Assembly: GCA_017443405.1 (NCBI GenBank)
Contig: JAFRXS010000208.1
Location: 625 to 64,624, forward strand
DNA: 64,000 nucleotides
Direction: 5' to 3'
DNA from: Clostridia bacterium
GTDB lineage: Bacteria; Bacillota; Clostridia; Oscillospirales; Acutalibacteraceae
Below are positions 35,545-44,962 of the stretch, in pieces. A program made the position numbers and the translations under genes. Position 1 is the stretch's first letter. Every line of letters starts with the position of its first letter. Below the pieces are notes generated by a model. It was not told where the DNA came from. It did not search any database and saw nothing but the letters and a program-made list of their open reading frames with translations.

Positions 35545-36814
35545 GAAGATGATAACAAAGACGTCCGCGTTGAAAAAGCTGATATCGCGCCGCAGGTACT
35601 CCCTTTTCATCTTCGGTTTTCTTCTTGTTTATTCTTTCATCGTTCCCGGGGAGCTGAAGCCGTGGCGCGAGGGCGCGGTCGTTTACGCCTTCCACGCGGT
35701 GGATTACGGCATGGGCTTCTGCTCGAGATTCCTGCCCGGGGCGATCTACGGCGCCCTTATCGGTAAATACAATGAAACTGCGATGACGGTATATGAGCTC
35801 GTTTTGCTCGTGCTGTTTTTCCTGCTCGTTTCGCTGATGCTCGAAGGCGTGCTCAAGAGAGTAAAGGATAAGGACCGTCCGTATGTCGCTGTCCTGATGT
35901 TTTTCCTCCTTACGGGACCCTACGCGCTGCCGATCTTCGCGAGAAGGCTCGGTATGCTCGATTTTTACTGGGCGCTGTTCTGCATCCCCGTCGTGTTCTG
36001 TCTTTCGAACAGAAAACTGTACTTTTTCGCCGTCCCGTTTTTCGCGCTGCTGATATTGACGCACTACGCGGCGATACTCAATTACGTTCCGCTTTTGCTG
36101 CTTATGACGCTTTATAAGCTGGCGTGCGCGGACGAAAAAAAAGAAAAAGCGGCTCTCGGCGCGGTTTTCGCTCTTTCTCTCGCGGTCTCCGTCGGGCTCA
36201 CGCTGTATTTCGTATTGCACGAACGGGAAAACCTCGTTTATCCGATGGACGAGTTCGCGCGGCTGCTCATTTCACGGGGAGTCGACTCGCGCGAGGGGCT
36301 TTACTATGATTACGTCCTGTACCGCGACGTTTACGATCCCGAGCTCAAACAGTATTTCGCCGAAAAATACTCCTTCGACGTTTTCGGTATGACGGACGGG
36401 AGCGCCCCGTCTGTCGTCCGGCAGCAGATAATATCGAGTCTCGGGCGTATCGATCTCTCGGATAAGATACCTCAGCTGCTCCTGTCGGCTCCTGTCGCCG
36501 CGCTGTTGTTCTCATTCGTCGTAACTGAGATCAAAAAGCGGGACGGTCACTTGAAAAAACTCGTCCTTTGCTGCGTTCCGATCCTGTTCGTCGTCGCTTT
36601 CGCCGGCGGGTGCTGTTTCTCGACCGACGCCAACAGATGGGCGGCGCACGCGCTTATAGGTCTTTTCGCGTTCGTCCTGTTCGTCATACACGAAGAAAAA
36701 GGCGATCCGGCGTCTTATTTCCGCGAAGTCTTTTCGCGCGTTCCCGTGCGCCTGCTCGTCCTTTATATGATCATATACTGTCTGAAGGTTGCGGAACCCT
36801 ATGAATCCTCTTGA
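35537..36814 (+). CDS. polytopic membrane protein, tandem paralog 2 of 4
   Basis: VDYGMGFCSRFLPGAIY, TGPYA, GMLDFYW, HYAA and STDANRWAAHA. An 8-nt ATGACTGA overlap links it to paralog 1. Confidence 0.6.
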   Translation: MTEKMITKTSALKKLISRRRYSLFIFGFLLVYSFIVPGELKPWREGAVVYAFHAVDYGMGFCSRFLPGAIYGALIGKYNETAMTVYELVLLVLFFLLVSLMLEGVLKRVKDKDRPYVAVLMFFLLTGPYALPIFARRLGMLDFYWALFCIPVVFCLSNRKLYFFAVPFFALLILTHYAAILNYVPLLLLMTLYKLACADEKKEKAALGAVFALSLAVSVGLTLYFVLHERENLVYPMDEFARLLISRGVDSREGLYYDYVLYRDVYDPELKQYFAEKYSFDVFGMTDGSAPSVVRQQIISSLGRIDLSDKIPQLLLSAPVAALLFSFVVTEIKKRDGHLKKLVLCCVPILFVVAFAGGCCFSTDANRWAAHALIGLFAFVLFVIHEEKGDPASYFREVFSRVPVRLLVLYMIIYCLKVAEPYESS

Positions 36815-38078
36815 GCCGGGACTCAAAAAACAGAATATAATAAAGCGTCACAGGTTTTTTATCGCCGCTTTTGTTGTTCTTATGCTTTACTCCGCGATCC
36901 CTGCGGGCTTCAAGCTCTGGAGCGTCGACGAAAACACTTTTATCTTCCATACCGTGGATTTTTCTCTGGGGTTCTGTACCCGCATGCTGCCCGGCGCGAT
37001 CTACGGACTGTTTTTCCCCGAGCGCTCTCCCGAAACGGCGAGCCTATTCGACAGCGTCATGCTCGTACTTCTGTTCCTGATGACCGCGTATCTCTGCGAA
37101 AAGCTGCTGCTTTCCGTCGGAGCCGGGGCAAGATCCGCGACGGCGACAGCGCTGCTGTTCTTCCTTACCGGACCCTGTACCTTCTCGATATTCGTCAACA
37201 GGCTCGGGATGATCGATTTTTACTGGATATTCTTCTCAGCCGTCGCGTTGATACTGCTTGAAAAAAAACGTCTCGTTTTCGCTGTTGTGCCGATCTTCTT
37301 CCTGCTCGTCCTCAACCACTACGCTTCTGTGATGGATTATATCCCGTGGCTGTGGATGATAATGCTGTACAAGATATTCTGCACGGAGGATAAAAAAGAG
37401 AAGAAGACCCTGTGGATCGTTCTGGCGCTGTCGGTCGCGGTCGCCGCCTCATCTTTCCTGTATTTCGTTATGTACGACAGGAACAATCTCGTTTATTCGC
37501 AGGAGGAGTTCGACAGCATACTGCTTTCGCGCGGCGCGGTCGATACGTTCTATTATGATACGGGGCTTTACCGCGATCTGCATAACGTTCTTGACGAATC
37601 GCACATTCAGACCGTCGAGGGGGGAATGTCCGGGGTCGGTTCGGCGCTGGCGTCGGTCCTGCAGCAGCTTCAGATCAGTTTGCAGGAAGCTCACCCTTAT
37701 ATTTTGCTGCCCCCGCTTATCGTGATCCTTCCCTGCCTTCTGGTATTATTAAGTTTTGTTGTTTCGCGGCGCCTCAGTGAAGAGAACAGAGGTAAAAAGC
37801 TGCTGCTGACTGTTTCGCCGATACTGTTTTTGCTGTCGATCGCCGGCGAGTGCCTGCTTTCGACCGATCTCATCAGATGGCTTGACCACGCTTATATATG
37901 TTTCTTTGCCTTTATCCTGTACGTTGTCTATAAGGAGAAGGACGCGTGCGCGGATCATTTCAGGTCGGTCTTTGATAAGGTGCCCGCGCCTTCGTGTTTC
38001 GTGTATTTTCTGTTCTATACGTTCGCCGTCTTCGATCCTTATATCGACGGCGTAGGCACTGTGTTCTGGACGTCATGA
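36801..38078 (+). CDS. polytopic membrane protein, tandem paralog 3 of 4
   Basis: ORF 36789..38078, with an ATG at 36801. Motifs: VDFSLGFCTRMLPGAIY, TGPCT, GMIDFYW, HYAS and STDLIRWLDHA. Confidence 0.6.
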   Translation: MNPLEPGLKKQNIIKRHRFFIAAFVVLMLYSAIPAGFKLWSVDENTFIFHTVDFSLGFCTRMLPGAIYGLFFPERSPETASLFDSVMLVLLFLMTAYLCEKLLLSVGAGARSATATALLFFLTGPCTFSIFVNRLGMIDFYWIFFSAVALILLEKKRLVFAVVPIFFLLVLNHYASVMDYIPWLWMIMLYKIFCTEDKKEKKTLWIVLALSVAVAASSFLYFVMYDRNNLVYSQEEFDSILLSRGAVDTFYYDTGLYRDLHNVLDESHIQTVEGGMSGVGSALASVLQQLQISLQEAHPYILLPPLIVILPCLLVLLSFVVSRRLSEENRGKKLLLTVSPILFLLSIAGECLLSTDLIRWLDHAYICFFAFILYVVYKEKDACADHFRSVFDKVPAPSCFVYFLFYTFAVFDPYIDGVGTVFWTS

Positions 38079-39328
38079 AAAAAGCTTTTGTCAAGCACCG
38101 GTACTCGGTCGGCGTATTCGCGTTCCTGCTGCTGCACTCTTTTCTCGTGTCGGGCGGAGCGAAGCCGTGGAGCAACGATTTTGTGACCTACTCGTTCCAC
38201 GCCGTGGATTTCTCCATGGGCTTCTGCACGCGCATACTGCCCGGAGCGGTGTATAAGCTCCTTGTCGGAAAATGGAGCATGGAAGCGGTCAACGCCTTTG
38301 ACTCCGTTTTTATGATACTGCTTTTCGCCGTTCTTTCCGTTTTCTGTGAGAAGCTCATCCTCGGCGTCGGGAAAAAAGACAGGCTCGCTTTTCTGCTTGT
38401 GGTACTGCTGTTCCTGACCGGTCCGTGCACCTTCCCGATGTACATTATCGAGCTCGGGATGATAGACGTCTGGTGGGTGTTCTTCACCGCCGCGGCGGTC
38501 GTTCTGCTGTCGTGCAGACGCCTGTTTCCGCTGGTTGTCCCGATAGGCGCTCTGTGCGTTACGATACACTTTTCGGCTATGTACACCTTCGTTCCGCTCA
38601 TAGTTCTGCTTATCCTATATAAATGTGCTTCGGAGCAAAATAAGAAAACAAAGGCTGCGCTTTTCTCCGTCGCCGTCCTTACGGCAGCGGCAGCCTGCGC
38701 GACGGCTGTCTACTTCCTTGTAAACGAAAAGAACAACCTCGTCTATACCCGCGAGGAGTTCGACGCCGTACTCGCTTCGCGCGGCGTGACGTTTTTCGAT
38801 TATTACGATTACGCTTTTTACGGTTTTATCTCGGACGCGCAGCCGCGCCTCGTGGAGGCGATGTCGTCATCGGAACCGGTATCTTTTATCCAGCGTGTCA
38901 TGCAGCAGATCAGCATTAATGCTTCCACTCTGGAATTCGCCACAAAGCTGTACGTACTCGTTCTGATGATCCCCGCCGTCGTTCTGCTTTTCGGATTTGT
39001 CTTTACTGCGGTGAAGGGCAGGAGCGGCAAAGCCGAAAAAGCCGTATTGCTTTCAGCTCCCGCGCTGTTCGTCGTCTCACTCGGCTTCGGCTGGCTGTTT
39101 TCGACTGACGTGATCAGATTCCTCGGTCACAGCTTCCTCGGTTTGTTCACATTCGTTATGTTCGTTATTTATATCGATAATAAAGACAGGAACGCGGAAA
39201 ACGGTCCGTCCGAAAACAAAGATCCCGCGTCGTATTTTACCGATGTTTTCCGGCGTATAGATCCGAAAATAACGTTCATTTACTTCGCGATGTACGTTTT
39301 GACGGTATGGGAACCGTACAGGACATAA
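38075..39328 (+). CDS. polytopic membrane protein, tandem paralog 4 of 4
   Basis: ORF 37994..39328. The ATG at 38075 (MKKAFVKHRYS) forms an ATGA overlap with the paralog 3 stop. Motifs: VDFSMGFCTRILPGAVY, TGPCT, GMIDVWW, HFSA and STDVIRFLGHS. Confidence 0.6.
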   Translation: MKKAFVKHRYSVGVFAFLLLHSFLVSGGAKPWSNDFVTYSFHAVDFSMGFCTRILPGAVYKLLVGKWSMEAVNAFDSVFMILLFAVLSVFCEKLILGVGKKDRLAFLLVVLLFLTGPCTFPMYIIELGMIDVWWVFFTAAAVVLLSCRRLFPLVVPIGALCVTIHFSAMYTFVPLIVLLILYKCASEQNKKTKAALFSVAVLTAAAACATAVYFLVNEKNNLVYTREEFDAVLASRGVTFFDYYDYAFYGFISDAQPRLVEAMSSSEPVSFIQRVMQQISINASTLEFATKLYVLVLMIPAVVLLFGFVFTAVKGRSGKAEKAVLLSAPALFVVSLGFGWLFSTDVIRFLGHSFLGLFTFVMFVIYIDNKDRNAENGPSENKDPASYFTDVFRRIDPKITFIYFAMYVLTVWEPYRT

Positions 39329-39342
39329 GGCAGGTGTCAGGC

Positions 39343-40173
39343 ATGAAAAAATATATCAATATGCTCGTCGGCGCTCTGATGATATCCGCCTGGGTAGTGG
39401 CGGAGATCTATCTTGAGCTCAAGCTCGAAAGGGCGGAGACCTGGCTGTATATCTCCGGGGTCCTGTTGTTCTTCGTGTCGGCAGGTTTCTGCCTGTTTAT
39501 GAAGGACCTGAAAAAGGCGATGATCGTATCCCTTTTCTGCGCTGCGGTCATGTGCGTTTTGTCGCGCGGACTTATCTGGACGGCGCTTCCCGTCGTTATA
39601 ATGTTCTGGGAATACAGGTGCGTCTCGGACAGGCTCAAGGGCGAAAACACGGCCTTTCACGCTGTGGTATTTACCGCTTTATCTGCGATATATGCGGCGG
39701 CCGCCGTTACGCGTATCGTGACCGCTTCCCCCAAAAGCGGGGCTCCGTCAACAAGATTTTTCGCCGTCGGCGATATTTGCGTCGCGGTCATTCTTTTCGC
39801 TGCGTTCGTCTTCCTCGCCATTGTCTGCGAGGGGCGGAAAAAACGCGAGTCGACGCCGGCAACAAAGAAAAACAGCCGGCCGGGCAAAAAGGGCGGCGAT
39901 AAGGCGGTCATCTCGCGCTTCCCGATAGGGTATAAAGAAATGTATATCCAGTGCGCCGCGCTTCTGGCGCTGAGTATGTGGGTCTGCTTCGCGCCCGGCG
40001 TGCTCGGCTACAGATACACGCTCAGGATGACGCTTTACCCGTGGCTCATGTTCGTCTACCTGACGCAATGCCGCGACAGGGCGCTAATGGGAGTTCTCGG
40101 TAAGATCAGGTCCCGCGGCCTTGAGATAGTCGCCTCTGACGGGCCGGAGCCCGCCTCTGCGGAAGAACGGTAA
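39343..40173 (+). CDS. polytopic membrane protein (orphan)
   Basis: ORF 39307..40173, with an ATG at 39343 (MKKYINMLVGAL) 14 nt after the upstream stop. It has about 6 TM helices and a Lys-rich loop (RKKRESTPATKKNSRPGKKGGDK). Confidence 0.5.
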   Translation: MKKYINMLVGALMISAWVVAEIYLELKLERAETWLYISGVLLFFVSAGFCLFMKDLKKAMIVSLFCAAVMCVLSRGLIWTALPVVIMFWEYRCVSDRLKGENTAFHAVVFTALSAIYAAAAVTRIVTASPKSGAPSTRFFAVGDICVAVILFAAFVFLAIVCEGRKKRESTPATKKNSRPGKKGGDKAVISRFPIGYKEMYIQCAALLALSMWVCFAPGVLGYRYTLRMTLYPWLMFVYLTQCRDRALMGVLGKIRSRGLEIVASDGPEPASAEER

Positions 40174-41078
40174 TGGCAAACGTTAAAAATAAGGGCTCAG
40201 GTCCCGCCCGCCGGGGTCCCGGCGGCAAATACGGTAAAGGTCAGAAGACGGCAGCCGTTCGCCCGGAGTCGTCTCGCGTCGAAAAAAGACCCGCCGTGAA
40301 AACGGTCTCCCGGAGGGATATAATAAAAAGAGCGTCATACGCTCTGATCGTTATCGCTCTTTGTTTGGTCTGGGCGCTTTCTTACAGCGGTCTGAAGACT
40401 ATCGGTGGTTCCGAGGGAAGGAATACGGTCGTTGCTTTCATCCTTTTTGTTCTCGGCGCGATTTCATGTTTTTTGTTCCGCCCGCTATACGTTTCCCTGC
40501 CTCTTGCCGTGGGTTTTTTCTCGGCGATGATACTTGTAAGAAGCGATTTGATCTTCTGCGCCCTTTGTCCCGCCGCCGTCTGTCTTTACCGCAGATGCCT
40601 GCGTGAATGCGGACGGTCACGCCCGTCAAAATATCTCGCGATAGGCGCGGGCGTTCTCGCAGCCGTTTGCGTGCCGGTCCCCATGTCGGTTCTGGCGTCG
40701 AACGGGGAGTTTTACGGTTTGTCTCATATCCCTCAGGTCTACAGAACGGGGGAGATGCGCTCGCTCGTTCTTATGGCGGCGATCTATATCGTCGTTCTCG
40801 CCGTCACGGTCTTTGTCAGGAGCCCCGCGCCGGAGAAGATCGGTCACGTTTATCTTTACGTTTTGTGCCTTGTTTCTCTGTTTGAGACGGCGGTATATTA
40901 TCATCCGACCGTCAACACGGACAATTTCTACTTTACCTATCTGCCGTCGCTGCTGCTTTTTTTCGCGGCGGTCGGCATGCCGTCGCCGGGAGTTGTACGA
41001 GCGTTGAAAAAGCTGCGTGAGCGCGTCGCGGGACCGCCCGCACCCGCTCCGGCGGACGAAGCGCAAAACCCCGGCTGA
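40173..41078 (+). CDS. polytopic membrane protein with basic Gly/Lys/Arg-rich N-terminal tail (orphan)
   Basis: A TAATG overlap links it to the upstream gene. The N-terminal roughly 55 aa (MANVKNKGSGPARRGPGGKYGKGQK...) are followed by about 6 TM helices. Confidence 0.5.
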   Translation: MANVKNKGSGPARRGPGGKYGKGQKTAAVRPESSRVEKRPAVKTVSRRDIIKRASYALIVIALCLVWALSYSGLKTIGGSEGRNTVVAFILFVLGAISCFLFRPLYVSLPLAVGFFSAMILVRSDLIFCALCPAAVCLYRRCLRECGRSRPSKYLAIGAGVLAAVCVPVPMSVLASNGEFYGLSHIPQVYRTGEMRSLVLMAAIYIVVLAVTVFVRSPAPEKIGHVYLYVLCLVSLFETAVYYHPTVNTDNFYFTYLPSLLLFFAAVGMPSPGVVRALKKLRERVAGPPAPAPADEAQNPG

Positions 41079-41090
41079 CCGGACAACCTC

Positions 41091-41135
41091 GAAAGACGGC
41101 AAAACCCCGCTAACCGCGGGGTTTTGCCGTCTTTC
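41091..41135. terminator. 20-bp perfect hairpin between the convergent operon ends (no clear U tract)
   Basis: GAAAGACGGCAAAACCCCGC (41091-41110), loop TAACC, GCGGGGTTTTGCCGTCTTTC (41116-41135). Confidence 0.6.
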
Positions 41136-41144
41136 GGATGACAT

Positions 41145-43067
41145 TCAGCGCCGCGGTATCCTTATCATATAACCGACGTCGCTTTCGGTCACCTCACAGT
41201 CATAGTTCGTTGTCCAGTATTTAAGCCGGTCTTTCGTCGGGTCGTTCACGTCAGGCCCGACCTCGAACATGCTGTCGACGAAATTGCCGTATTTATACCG
41301 CAGCACCGAAAGGTTCGTTATGTTGAAAAAGCCGCGGCACTCATATTTCGGTATATAAACATATTCCGGGAATTTATCCGGGTGCAGTTTCCAGTAAAGG
41401 AGCTGACGCGATTCGAAGTCCCTGTCCACGTACCACGTGCTGTAACAGGCGTAGGGTCTGTCGACGTAAAGATACAGCCACGCGTAATCGTGCACGTAGA
41501 ACGCGCCGTTCCCATTGTCCTTTATCGCGTCCATATCGTCCAGCAGCTTGTCGTAAATCTCCGCTGCCGAGCTTGTCGTCAGTATCCCCTTCATCGGTCC
41601 GCGGTCAAGTTTCGTGTCGAGCTTTTCATCGTTGAAATCGCCGTAGCGGTACTCAAAATAAGGGTACCGCGTTTCATATATGAAGGTACCGATCTCTCCG
41701 AGCGGCGCCGAGACGGCGACGAGACATAGAGCGACGACTGCTGCGCGGTTTAATAATATAATAGCTTTCCCTTTTGCGCTTTTTCCGCCCGCGTCTTCTC
41801 TTTCTTTATTGTCGGTCCTGATCTCGCCTATGATCTTTTCGATCATGATCAGCACCGCGGGGGCGACGAATACCCCGCCCAGCAGGAAGCCGAGAACATA
41901 AGCGTCCGATGAGATATCGAAAAGCTCGGAATACACGAAACCGCTGAGCAGCCAGAACAGCAGGGCTTTATTGTTTTTTTTGTCTTTAAGGAGCAGCCAC
42001 GCGAAAAGCCCGAACAGGAACAGGGGGATATAGCGGGGAATGGTCGTGACGAGCAGCCATTTCTCTGTCGCGCAGTCGAGATACAGCTTGTTTATATGGA
42101 TCAGGAAAACGATATTGAAAACGCCTGCGACGATCAGATAGACCGGTCTGCGTTTGAGCCTTTTTATATCAACGAGGACTATCAGGAAAAGAGCCGCTTC
42201 GATGATATAATAGACCGGACCCATGATATATACGGCGGTATACCAGTCATTTGCTATGAGGGTCTGAGGTCTGCCGGAAAGGACCGGGAAAATGTATTCG
42301 GAGTCCGTAAAGAAATTCGGAAGGGCTTCGATATACTCTTTGAGCGTTCCCCTTGTGAACATAAAGGTCAGGAAGACAGCTGCCGCAGCGGCGACGCCGG
42401 CTGTGACGAGAAGGAACGTCTTTAAGCTCAGCAGTCCCGGTTTTCTGCGGTACTTCGGGAAACACGCGCGGATAACGACCACGGCGGCGTATATGAAATA
42501 TACGACCGCGAGCAGCGGTTCGCTCAAGACCGCGCAGGCGGCGACGACTCCCGCGACGATATAGCCGGGCGTTCCGAGCGGCTTCCCTGCGAACAGGAGC
42601 GCGCAAAGTATCGCGCAGAACATGATGCTCTCGGTGTAATAGCAAAGATCGGGGACAAAGACGAAATGGCAGAAGGTCAGCGAGGCTATCAGCGCCGTTA
42701 TCCCGTGCTCGCGCAGCCGTATGAACAGAAAGACCGAAACCGCGAGCTGACAGCAGACGAACAGCCGACGCGCGTACAGCAGCATCCCTTCGGTTCCGAA
42801 CAAAGAGTAATATAGCTTTACCGGCAGGTATATGAACGGAGAGGAAAACTGAGATACGTGCCACTCGTCTATGAGCAGTCTGTCGCCGAAGAACATCCTG
42901 TGCGGGAAATTAAGATAAAAGGTCTCGTCTATATAACCGAGCCCGCGCCCTGCGAGGATGAACAAATAGACGGCGAGCGCGGTGAAGCAGACCGCCGCGA
43001 ACGGGTACAGCAGTTTTTTATCGTTTATCGCGGAGATGATGCCGTTGATCCGTTTATTTCGTTCCAT
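41145..43067 (-). CDS. GT-C-like polytopic membrane protein with C-terminal extracytoplasmic domain (paralog G1 of 6)
   Basis: A 640-aa protein. An Asp-Glu motif follows TM1 directly (GLGYIDETFYLNFPHRMFFGDRLLIDEWHVSQF). About 11 TM helices come next, then a roughly 200-aa soluble tail with GPMKGILT, WLYLYVD and PEYVYIP. Confidence 0.55.
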   Translation of the reverse strand: MERNKRINGIISAINDKKLLYPFAAVCFTALAVYLFILAGRGLGYIDETFYLNFPHRMFFGDRLLIDEWHVSQFSSPFIYLPVKLYYSLFGTEGMLLYARRLFVCCQLAVSVFLFIRLREHGITALIASLTFCHFVFVPDLCYYTESIMFCAILCALLFAGKPLGTPGYIVAGVVAACAVLSEPLLAVVYFIYAAVVVIRACFPKYRRKPGLLSLKTFLLVTAGVAAAAAVFLTFMFTRGTLKEYIEALPNFFTDSEYIFPVLSGRPQTLIANDWYTAVYIMGPVYYIIEAALFLIVLVDIKRLKRRPVYLIVAGVFNIVFLIHINKLYLDCATEKWLLVTTIPRYIPLFLFGLFAWLLLKDKKNNKALLFWLLSGFVYSELFDISSDAYVLGFLLGGVFVAPAVLIMIEKIIGEIRTDNKEREDAGGKSAKGKAIILLNRAAVVALCLVAVSAPLGEIGTFIYETRYPYFEYRYGDFNDEKLDTKLDRGPMKGILTTSSAAEIYDKLLDDMDAIKDNGNGAFYVHDYAWLYLYVDRPYACYSTWYVDRDFESRQLLYWKLHPDKFPEYVYIPKYECRGFFNITNLSVLRYKYGNFVDSMFEVGPDVNDPTKDRLKYWTTNYDCEVTESDVGYMIRIPRR

Positions 43068-43069
43068 TC

Positions 43070-44962
43070 CTATTTTTTCCTTATAACCTTGACCGTGTAT
43101 CCGACATCGCTTTGTGTGACCTCGCAGTCGAACAGGGAAAGTATGAGCCGGAGTCTTTCCGCAGCCTCTGACCCGTTGTCGAGGAAGCCCGAATAATAAA
43201 ACTTGGGGATGTAAACGTATTCCGGCGTTTTCTCGGGATTCAGCTCCCAGTAATCGATCTGCCTTGGGTCAAAATCTTCCGCGATGAACCAAGTTGCGTA
43301 ACAGGAATACGGTTTGTCTGTATAAAGGTATGCCCAGGCGAACAATTCGTAAACGTAAACGGGACCCGTCGCGTTTTCTCTGATAACGTCAAGGTCGGAA
43401 AGCATCTTATTATACCGGTCTCCCGTTTCCGGAAGAGTGTAGATCCCCTTGAAAGGACCGGCGGAGAGCTTGTACGACAGATCTGGTGAAGGTGACTTAT
43501 AAGCCCCGTTGTAAGCTGAAAAAGAATCGTCAAATTCCTCGGTCCTTTCGCTGACGTTCTCAAAAAGCAGAAAGTCTTTCTCGAACAGCAGGGAGGCAGC
43601 CTCGCAGACGGGGTGCGCCCAGATGAGGACGCATAGCAGCGCGCAGACGGCTTTTTTGACGGGAAAGCTTCGTTTTTTATCCTTATTTGCGTCCGCGGCG
43701 GCTTCCGCCGCGGATGCTCTTATTTCGTCGAGCAGAGCTTTCGCGAGTATGAAAACGGCGATATTCGATATGACTCCGCCGAGCATGCATACCACAAGAT
43801 AGTTTTCGGAGGAGACGTCCATCATCGCCGAATACAGTATACCCGCCGCGTAGAACGCAAAAAACCGTTTGTATTTGCTCTTGTTTTCGATCAGCAGACA
43901 GCAGAACGCGCCGAAGATGAAAAACGGAATATGCCTCCAGAAATACATGAGCTTCGAGGCGAAGCCCATTTTGATAAGTATGCAGGCATACGTCGCGATC
44001 GCCAAAACAGCCGCGGCGGTGATATAGACAAGTCTGTGCTTCAGCCTTTTTCGGTCGGCGAGGACGGCTGTGAACAGTACGGCGTCCGCTATGAAGAAAG
44101 GAAGCCAGATCTTTCCGAGGATGTCAAACAGATCGAGGCTGAACAGGTTCTGTTTTCCGCCGTTGAGGAGCGGGAACTGATACTCGGAGTCGGTAAAGAA
44201 ATTCGGCAGGGCGGCGAGGTATTCGCTCAAAGACCCTCTTGACAGAATAAATGCGAAAAACGCCGCGGCGGAAACAACGACTCCCGCGGCGATGAACAAA
44301 AACGGTTTAAGATCGAGCAGATAGAGCGGTTTTATTTTCTTCTTAAAAATGAGAGATACAATGACTGCTATGACGTAGATAAAAAAGAAAACCGCGAGCA
44401 GCGGCTCGCTGAGCACGGCGGCACCTATAAGAAGACCGGTAATAATCAGCGTGACGGGGCGTTTGGGCTCTTTTCCGGTGAACAGAAGCAGGCAGATAAG
44501 GGTGCACGACATAAGGCTCATCGTGTAATAGCTGAGAGCCGGGCAGTTCATTACGAGATAGTGGCAGTACAGTAGAGAGCCTGCGGCAGCCGCGAAGCCG
44601 TATTTCCGCAGACGGAAGAACGCGAACAGCGAGACCCCGAACTGCGCCGCGAGATACAGATATCTGAAAGCCAGAACGATCCCTTCGGTGCCGAACAGGG
44701 CGTAATAGATCCTGAACGGTATATAGATAAGCGGCGCCGCGAACTGCGACACGTGCCATTCCTCAATAAGCAGTCTGTCGCCGAAGAACAGTCTGTGGGG
44801 AAAGGTCAGATAGACGGCTTCGTCGACCGTTCCGAGTCCCCGGTGTATATACCACACCATATAGGCGGCGAGCAGAACAAATGCTGCCCCCGTTGCGATA
44901 TACAGAGACTTATCGCGAAGTGTCGACATGATCGATCCGTTTTTTCGGCCTTTTTCAGACAT
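43070..44962 (-). CDS. GT-C-like polytopic membrane protein (paralog G2 of 6)
   Basis: ORF 43070..45025. The ATG at 44962 (MSEKGRKNG) gives an 8-nt ATGTCTGA overlap with the upstream stop. Motifs: GLGTVDEAVYLTFPHRLFFGDRLLIEEWHVSQF, GPFKGIYT and PEYVYIP. Confidence 0.55.
   Translation of the reverse strand: MSEKGRKNGSIMSTLRDKSLYIATGAAFVLLAAYMVWYIHRGLGTVDEAVYLTFPHRLFFGDRLLIEEWHVSQFAAPLIYIPFRIYYALFGTEGIVLAFRYLYLAAQFGVSLFAFFRLRKYGFAAAAGSLLYCHYLVMNCPALSYYTMSLMSCTLICLLLFTGKEPKRPVTLIITGLLIGAAVLSEPLLAVFFFIYVIAVIVSLIFKKKIKPLYLLDLKPFLFIAAGVVVSAAAFFAFILSRGSLSEYLAALPNFFTDSEYQFPLLNGGKQNLFSLDLFDILGKIWLPFFIADAVLFTAVLADRKRLKHRLVYITAAAVLAIATYACILIKMGFASKLMYFWRHIPFFIFGAFCCLLIENKSKYKRFFAFYAAGILYSAMMDVSSENYLVVCMLGGVISNIAVFILAKALLDEIRASAAEAAADANKDKKRSFPVKKAVCALLCVLIWAHPVCEAASLLFEKDFLLFENVSERTEEFDDSFSAYNGAYKSPSPDLSYKLSAGPFKGIYTLPETGDRYNKMLSDLDVIRENATGPVYVYELFAWAYLYTDKPYSCYATWFIAEDFDPRQIDYWELNPEKTPEYVYIPKFYYSGFLDNGSEAAERLRLILSLFDCEVTQSDVGYTVKVIRKK
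43599..43655. repeat. 57-nt block identical to 45493..45549
   Basis: GCCTCGCAGACGGGGTGCGCCCAGATGAGGACGCATAGCAGCGCGCAGACGGCTTTT occurs in both G2 and G3, offset by 1894 nt. Confidence 0.9.
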
